Shown: positions 57,501 to 64,000 of the stretch, piece after piece
Numbering within the stretch: the first letter of the stretch is position 1
Layout: every line of letters begins with the position of its first letter
From: Macrostomum lignano
Taxonomy: Eukaryota
Reading direction: 5' to 3'
Assembly: GCA_002269645.1 (NCBI GenBank)
Contig: NIVC01000212.1
Location: forward strand, 310,001-374,000
Length of the DNA stretch: 64,000 bases
Program-made: the position numbers and the translations under genes
The notes under the pieces: generated by a model
What the model saw: only the letters and a program-made list of their open reading frames with translations
Databases searched by the model: none
What the model was told of the DNA's origin: nothing

Positions 57501-58924
57501 CTATAGAAAATATATCTTATCTTATTATAATATTATATTATATTTTTAAATCACAGTTCAATTTCTAATAGACACTTAGGGATAGGAATTTGGTATTCCC
57601 ATCCTATAACCAAACCCATCCCCCTAACTGCAGCTGCTTAAGGGGATATATCCCCATCCCCATATCCTTCTCCCCTAGCTATACCACTGATTATAGACTA
57701 TACAGTATGAGTCTATGACTAAAGGTTATAAAATATCTAAAATTATATTTATAAATAACAAATTATTTCAAGATTTTATTGAAAACATTATAATTAAAGT
57801 TTATGCAAATATCTTTTAAAAAATTATAACTGTCTTAGGGGTTTTCTCTTCTATCATCTAAAAACTATCCTACCAGTTGGCCACCAAGTTGTCCTAGCAT
57901 TTTAGGGGTTATTCTTTCTATTACTTAATCTTATAGCTGACACCAAAGTTGTTGTAAGGCTTACTTCCTTCTTAATAAATAATCCTACTAATGCTACTAG
58001 CTGTGACAGGGATTTTCGCTTCCCTGTCTAATATTTTTCAGCTAATTACTACTTTCTATGTAGCTTTCTAGAATTGTTCTGGTAGTGTTGATGTATTCTT
58101 GGCCTGAGAAGTCATACTATTCTCTAGTCTCTTGGGCATTAGGTCTGGATTAGAGGGTCATGGCACTTACTCTAAACATGTACTCTCTTTGCATGTACTC
58201 CCAAATTTCTCAAATGCTTCTTGGAATCTCTTACTGTAAAATGTTTAAAGGAGTCTAAGAATGATTTTTAGTGAACACATTTTGAAGCTTATAGCAAGAG
58301 TGCAAGCTGCAAACAAGTTCATCTTTTCTTCCCTCAAAATTCACTCCTATTTATACAATTTTTTTATGTTTAAAACAAATTTTACAACTCAAAAAGATTT
58401 TGTCAATTAAAACAAACATATAACTTTTGTGTAATTTTAAAACTAGAGTTTCTAAGAAATGATAACCGCTGCTACATAACATACAAATTCTCTTTCTTGG
58501 TACAAATTTAAATTTGATTGAATTTGCCCTAAGCAAACAATCCTTTAAGATTTCTTTTTTAATTATACCACCTTGGCTATAGTATTTACATAACTAATTT
58601 ACCTGAGAATGTTTTTTACAAAAAATAAAAATAATGCGAGGTGCAAATCCAAGATTTCCCTCTGACCCCATAGTCAATCTGCCAGTGATAATACATTTTT
58701 ATTAATCTAATTTAAACTAATTAAAGGCTACTTAATCCCAATAGATTAAAAAGAATACAATAAAAATGTCTTGGTTTATTATCCTTGATACTAAATATTT
58801 GTAAACTAGAATAAATTTATTTAAATGAGTATATATTTTAATACTTACGATAGTTTTATTTATGTATAGATATATATTTCAGATAAAAATGCTACTACAA
58901 TAAAAATTGTTATAAATAATCAAC

Positions 58925-61900
58925 ATGTCAATCAAAGAGTTTCGAAAAGCCTTCAGTGAGCGATATAGTGGTAAGTTTAAATAATTTAAGATAAATTTAA
59001 ATTGGTTTATTTTACTTTCTGCATTAAATTAAGCCTAGGATTGTTAAACCAGAGAGTGTACATGCCTGGCAATTAGAAAGTCAGGCCTGCTGTGCACCCT
59101 GTGTGAGCATGTGCGAGTGTGTGTCTGTGTACAGTATTGGCGCGCTTGTGTGCACTCAGGAGTCACCGGAATGGGCAGAATTGCTGATGTCATCGAAGGC
59201 ATTGCGCCAGGGTGCCCAAAACCATTTTAAATTATTTGTTTATCTATAATACAACAGGGGTTAGCAAACTCTGGCCCACAGGCCCCTGAAGCTCTTTGAA
59301 ACTTTACCAGTTTCTCCTTCTCTCCCCTCTTCTCTTCCCCTCTCCTCTCTTCTCTCATCTCTAAACATCTCTTCCCTCTCCTTCACACCCTTACCTTGCC
59401 CTTCACACAAGGCTCGTGAATTCAAGTGTAACTGAGGGGCTCCATCATACATTGGCCAGGTCTGGTGGCTTCTGGCGAATTCGCTGCCACCGACTATGAC
59501 CGCCTGATGTCCGACGATGCCTACTGCAACTGCTTCGCCGGAGCCGCTCGCGCTGGCAACCTGGAGGCCCGTCTGCAGCTGGCCGAAGCCTGCCTCCGAT
59601 GGCGCTGTCAGGACCAGATCAGCGGCCTGACGGAGGCCGACTTTCCACTTGAAGCGTTGCAAAAAGGCTCCGTATTCTTTCACAGCGAAGATCGCGAAGG
59701 TCATCCTATACTGTACTTTCGCATTCAGGACAGCGGCAAGACCTCTCCAGATGAGCTGCTACAAATTCGCCAGTTTATCGGCTGGCTGTTGGATTCGAGG
59801 CATCGGCGTCAACCGGAGCAGAAAGTCTCCCTACTATTCGATATGACTAACGCTGGAGTGGCCAATTTAAACTTAGATCTGGTTAGATTTGTTGTACGCG
59901 CGTTCCAGGTGTACTATCCTGGTTTACTAGGCTATTTGTTCGTGTATGAGATGCCCTGGGTGCTGACTGGTTAGTATCTGACATTTGTTTGTTTATTGTC
60001 TCATGAGGTAACACTGAGGTTTCAAGTGATTAGTTAGATAAGAACCGAGATCGAGGTACTTTGTAGGCGTTGACAAAAATCTGGTAAATGGAGATGAAAA
60101 AAAGGTGAATCAAGGTGAGATTAGAGTTTATCGGGGTGATATTAGAATCAATCAGGGTGAGATTAGAATCAATCGGGGTGAGGAAATGGAGGTGAGAATA
60201 GAGGAAATGGAGATGTGAATAAAGGGAGTGAAGATGATAATAGAGGGAATGAGGATGAGAATAGAGGGAATCGGTGTAAGAATAGAGGCGTAGAGGGAAC
60301 GACGTTGGTGAGAATTGAGGCAGTAGAGGTGAGAAGGAATAGTGGTGAGATTAATAGAACGAGATGCAAGAATAGAGGAAATGAAGGGGAGAATGGAGAA
60401 GTCAGGCTACGAAAAGCAGAAGAATCCTCTTTGATGTGAGCAGTGGAATTGGGTAATGACTTTTTTAACAACATTGCCCGTTTCACCAGCCGCATGGAAG
60501 GTGATTCGCTCGTGGCTAGACAAAGAGGCACAAAAGAGGATCATCTTTTTAAAGCGTTCCAACGTACAAGAGTACATCGCGCCCGACAAGCTGTGGGTGC
60601 ACATGGGCGGTACGGACGATTATCAGTACGAGTACTCGCCGGGTATGCTCACGGGAGATACTGCCGAGTATCCGACATCCGGAGACGAATGCGGCGATGT
60701 CGAATTTGTCGACGCCGAGAATAGCATGCAGGTGTCTCTGCCGGTGAGTTGAGGAATTAAGCAGGGTGTCTGCTATTGGGTAGATGTCGGTTGCTAGGGA
60801 GATGTCGATTGTTGAATAAGGATGTCGGTTATTAGGGAGATGTCGATTGTTGAATAAGGATGTTGGTTATTAGGGAGATGTCGATTGTTGATTAAGGATT
60901 TCGGTTGCTAGGGAGATGTCGATTGTTGAACAAGGATGTCGGTTATTAGGGAGATGTCGATTGTTGAATAAGGATTTCGGTTGCTAGGGAGATGTCGATT
61001 GTTGAATAAGACTGTCGGTTATTAGGGATATGTCGATTGTTGAATAATTATGTTGGTTATTAGGGAGATGTCGATTGTTGAATAGTTATGTCGGTTGCTA
61101 GGACGATTTTGGTTGCTAGGTAGATGTTGTTTGCTAGTGAAATTTTGGTTGCTAGGCAAACATCAATTGCTGGGGCCTTTTCATTTTGCTTGTTCTGGTT
61201 CCAGAACCAGAACCAATTTGTGAAGTATAACTTTTTGTCTCCATAACTAGAGGGAGATACGTGATATAAATTTTTTATTATTGAATGACAATCGCCAAGA
61301 AGAAAGTGAAAAATTGTGCTAAGTGAGGTTGCTAAGGCAGTCAAACATTCAACAATTTTAAATAGTTATACTGCTGTTTTTCTTGGAAGATCCGAACCGA
61401 TTCTGATTCTGGAATTGGTAATATGAAAAGCCTCCTGGATTAGGATGTCGGTTGCTAGGTAGTTGTTAGCTGCTAGGGGGCGATTTTCGTCCCGGAATTT
61501 CGAGAAAAATGCGATTTTAATTCATGAAGTTCATAATTGCTGCAGTCTACAGCGACTCTAGCACGCCTCAGATACGACTCAGAAGAGTCATTTTAGAAGC
61601 GCCCTTGAGTCGCAGACAGTAAAACGGTGCCTAAAATTGACTTTTTGGCGACTCGTACCGGGACAATGGGACATCTCATTGTTCTGGAGCCGTCTAGAGT
61701 TACTTCTTTCCCATTTTACCTGCAATGACTCTGAAAGGACCCGTTTTCATCTGGGAAGCTTCTCACTCCAGCTTTAATTACAGTTGTTTTTATCGGTATC
61801 TAAACTGCCTGTTGCCCACTTCAGCTCAATGAGGCTGACGCAGTTTCCCTGGATGGCAGTCAGACGCAGAGCTTCAAAATTCGATCCCCAGCGGCCTCTT

Positions 61901-63940
61901 CAGCATCTCTTGGCAGCAGCAGCTACATTGGCCGGTACATGTCAATCAGCCCAGCTGATCAGGTGACTTTTCGGTTAGCAACTGCTAGAAATAATAACAG
62001 CAGCGACTGCCAACGTACGATAACCCTAACTAGCACTTGGCAACAGTCGGCATTGGCCTACAAAGTGAAAACTACCTGCCCAGCTGACTACAGGGTCAAG
62101 CCTAGCGTTGGTCTGTTGGAGCCGGGAGCCAGCGTTTGCGTTGTAGTCACCTACAGGTGAGCTCGAAAATTTATTGCAAGCTCGAAGTTTGACTGTAAGC
62201 TCGAAGTTTGACTGTAAGCTCGAAGTTTGACTGTAAGCTTGAAGTTTCATTGTAAGCTTGAAGTTTCATTGTAAGCTTGAAGTTTCATTGTAAGCTCGAA
62301 GTTTTATTGTAAGCTCGAAGTTTTATTGTAAACCCGAAAATTCACTGTAAACTATTTTATCAACATCAACAAAGGCCGTCTTCAACGCCGCCGAGTCAGC
62401 CGCCGGCTCGCTCTGACAAGCTGCAGCTGCTGGCGGCGCCAGTTGAATCTGGCCTGTCGCGCGAGGCCTGCCAGGAGGCGTTGAAGTCCGCTCCGTCCGA
62501 GGCGCTGATGGAGCACCGGCTCCGCTGTCGGGTTGAGACGCCGAAACCGGCTGCTGGGTCGTCAGCGGCGGCATCTGGACGGCTGCCAGATGACCAGCAG
62601 TTGGCCGCTCTGCGCTCCGAGGTAAGCGAGCCGTCGTGTTCGACAGAATGATGAGGACTTTGCTGTGGCACGCATGCTTATAACCGTTGATGCTGAACTA
62701 CTGCAATAACTGCATGAATATCCAGTACTGATTACAGACACTACTTTAGAGATCATGTTACTGAAACAGCATAAATTGAAAGTCTGCAGAAATATTTTTA
62801 CAGACACTATTGCTGACACAGCTACAGACACTGCTACAGACACTATTGCTGACACAGCTACAGACACTGCTACAGACACTATTGCTGACACAGCTACAGA
62901 CACTGCTACGACACTATTGCTGACACAGCTGCAGACACTGCTACAGACACTGCTACGACACTATTGCTGACACAGCTACAGACACTGCTACAGACACTAT
63001 TGCTGACACAGCTACAGACACTATTGCTGACACAGCTACAGACACTATTGCTGACACAGCTACAGACACTATTGCTGACACAGCTACAGACACTATTGCT
63101 GACACAGCTACAGACACTATTGCTGACACAGCTACAGACACTATTGCTGACACAGCTACAGACACTATTGCTGACACAGCTACAGACACTATTGCTGACA
63201 CAGCTACAGACACTATTGCTGACACAGCTACAGACACTATTGCTGACACAGCTACAGACACTATTGCTGACACAGCTACAGACACTATTGCTGACACAGC
63301 TACAGACACTATTGCTGACACAGCTACAAACACTATTGCTGACACAGCTACAGACACTATTGCTGACACAGCTACAGACACTATTGCTGACACAGCTACA
63401 GACACTATTGCTGACACAGCTACAGACACTATTGCTGACACTGCTTCAGACACAGCTGCAGACACTATTGCTGACACAGCTGCAGACACTATTGCTGACA
63501 CAGCTGCAGACACTATTGCTGACACAGCTGCAGACACTATTGCTGACACAGCTACAGACACTATTGCTGACACAGCTACAGACACAGCTACAGACACTGC
63601 TTCAGACACAGCTACAGACACTATTGCTGACACAGCTGCAGACACAGCTACAGACACAGCTGCAGACACAGCTGCAGACACAGCTAGAGACAGTGCTACA
63701 GACACCACTCCAGACCCCCAAATCCTCGTCCCAACGCCCTCCCCCCGGCAGGTGAGCCGTCTGTCTGGCATGGTCAGCCGCCTAGCGGTGCAGCAGTCGC
63801 AGCGCCTGGCCTACACCAAGTACAGCCTGTGGCTGCTGGCCTTTGGAGTTATTTTCTTGGCCTTTCTATTGGGCTGGAGCTGCGGCCGGCAGGCCGCCTC
63901 ATCAAGTCATGCAGGCCCGCCACACTCTGCAGAGCTGTGA
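58925..63940 (+). CDS. MOSPD2: Motile sperm domain-containing protein 2 (CRAL-TRIO + MSP + C-terminal TM), six exons, 525 aa
   Basis: Exons 58925-58970, 59460-59969, 60490-60743, 61825-62156, 62375-62621 and 63752-63940; all GT-AG and phase-compatible; 1578 nt in total. CRAL-TRIO: LLFDMTNAGVANLNLDLVRF..YYPGLLGYLFVYEMPWVLT|AAWKVIRSWL. MSP: ISPADQVTF..LAYKVKTT..YRVKPSVG..EHRLRC. Hydrophobic tail anchor. Confidence 0.93.
60780..61150. repeat. 38-bp intronic minisatellite (GGGAGATGTCGATTGTTGAATAAGGATGTCGGTTATTA)n
   Basis: Tandem units in MOSPD2 intron 3. Confidence 0.9.
62160..62350. repeat. 19-bp intronic minisatellite (AAGCTCGAAGTTTGACTGT)n
   Basis: Fills MOSPD2 intron 4. Confidence 0.9.
62805..63710. 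repeat. 24-bp intronic minisatellite (GACACTATTGCTGACACAGCTACA)n
   Basis: Fills MOSPD2 intron 5; source of the spurious (LTQLQTLL)n ORF. Confidence 0.95.
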
Positions 63941-64000
63941 CCTCGGGGTAGTTGGGGTGGGTCGCTATTGACAGACAGTCAGACAGTCAGTCAGACAGAC

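Noticed and set aside
62953-63771. (AIVSVAVS)n and (LTQLQTLL)n ORFs
   Set aside because: 24-bp minisatellite in MOSPD2 intron 5; the flanking exons splice in phase without it.

Overview
Eukaryotic, intron-containing, repeat-saturated genomic DNA from an invertebrate. GC-rich exons, AT-rich spacers and minisatellite-filled introns resemble a free-living flatworm such as Macrostomum, but the organism call is inference. Host genes: a spliced RING/coiled-coil/NHL (TRIM-NHL-like) gene (minus, ~1.4-9.3 kb); two paralogous single-exon class I SAM-methyltransferase genes with Q-rich tails (minus, 29.6-31.4 kb and 45.9-47.1 kb); a three-exon CAP/GAPR-1-like gene (minus, 47.7-50.6 kb); a divergent pair of secreted-protein genes, one disrupted (51.7-54.6 kb); and a six-exon MOSPD2 (plus, 58.9-63.9 kb). 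The middle is a nested transposon cluster: two Ty3/Gypsy remnants, a probable third LTR with PBS, a degraded NOF/MULE-like transposase, a FLYWCH-MULE split by a palindromic Penelope-like element with a hammerhead ribozyme in each arm, an Ngaro/DIRS tyrosine-recombinase element, a mariner split by a MITE, LINE fragments and a tRNA-derived SINE. The most novel-looking signal is at 40.0-44.8 kb. There, 5'-truncated LINEs with different tandem-repeat tails but a shared 3' stem-loop are stacked, each separated by part of one motif (GGAAGAAGAGATTCGACAAATTAGTCCCC). This suggests a target-site-specific retrotransposon family with an unidentified target. Most long ORFs in the supplied track over 0.6-9 kb and 62.8-63.7 kb are minisatellite artefacts. 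All coordinates were read by hand and may be off by a few bases.
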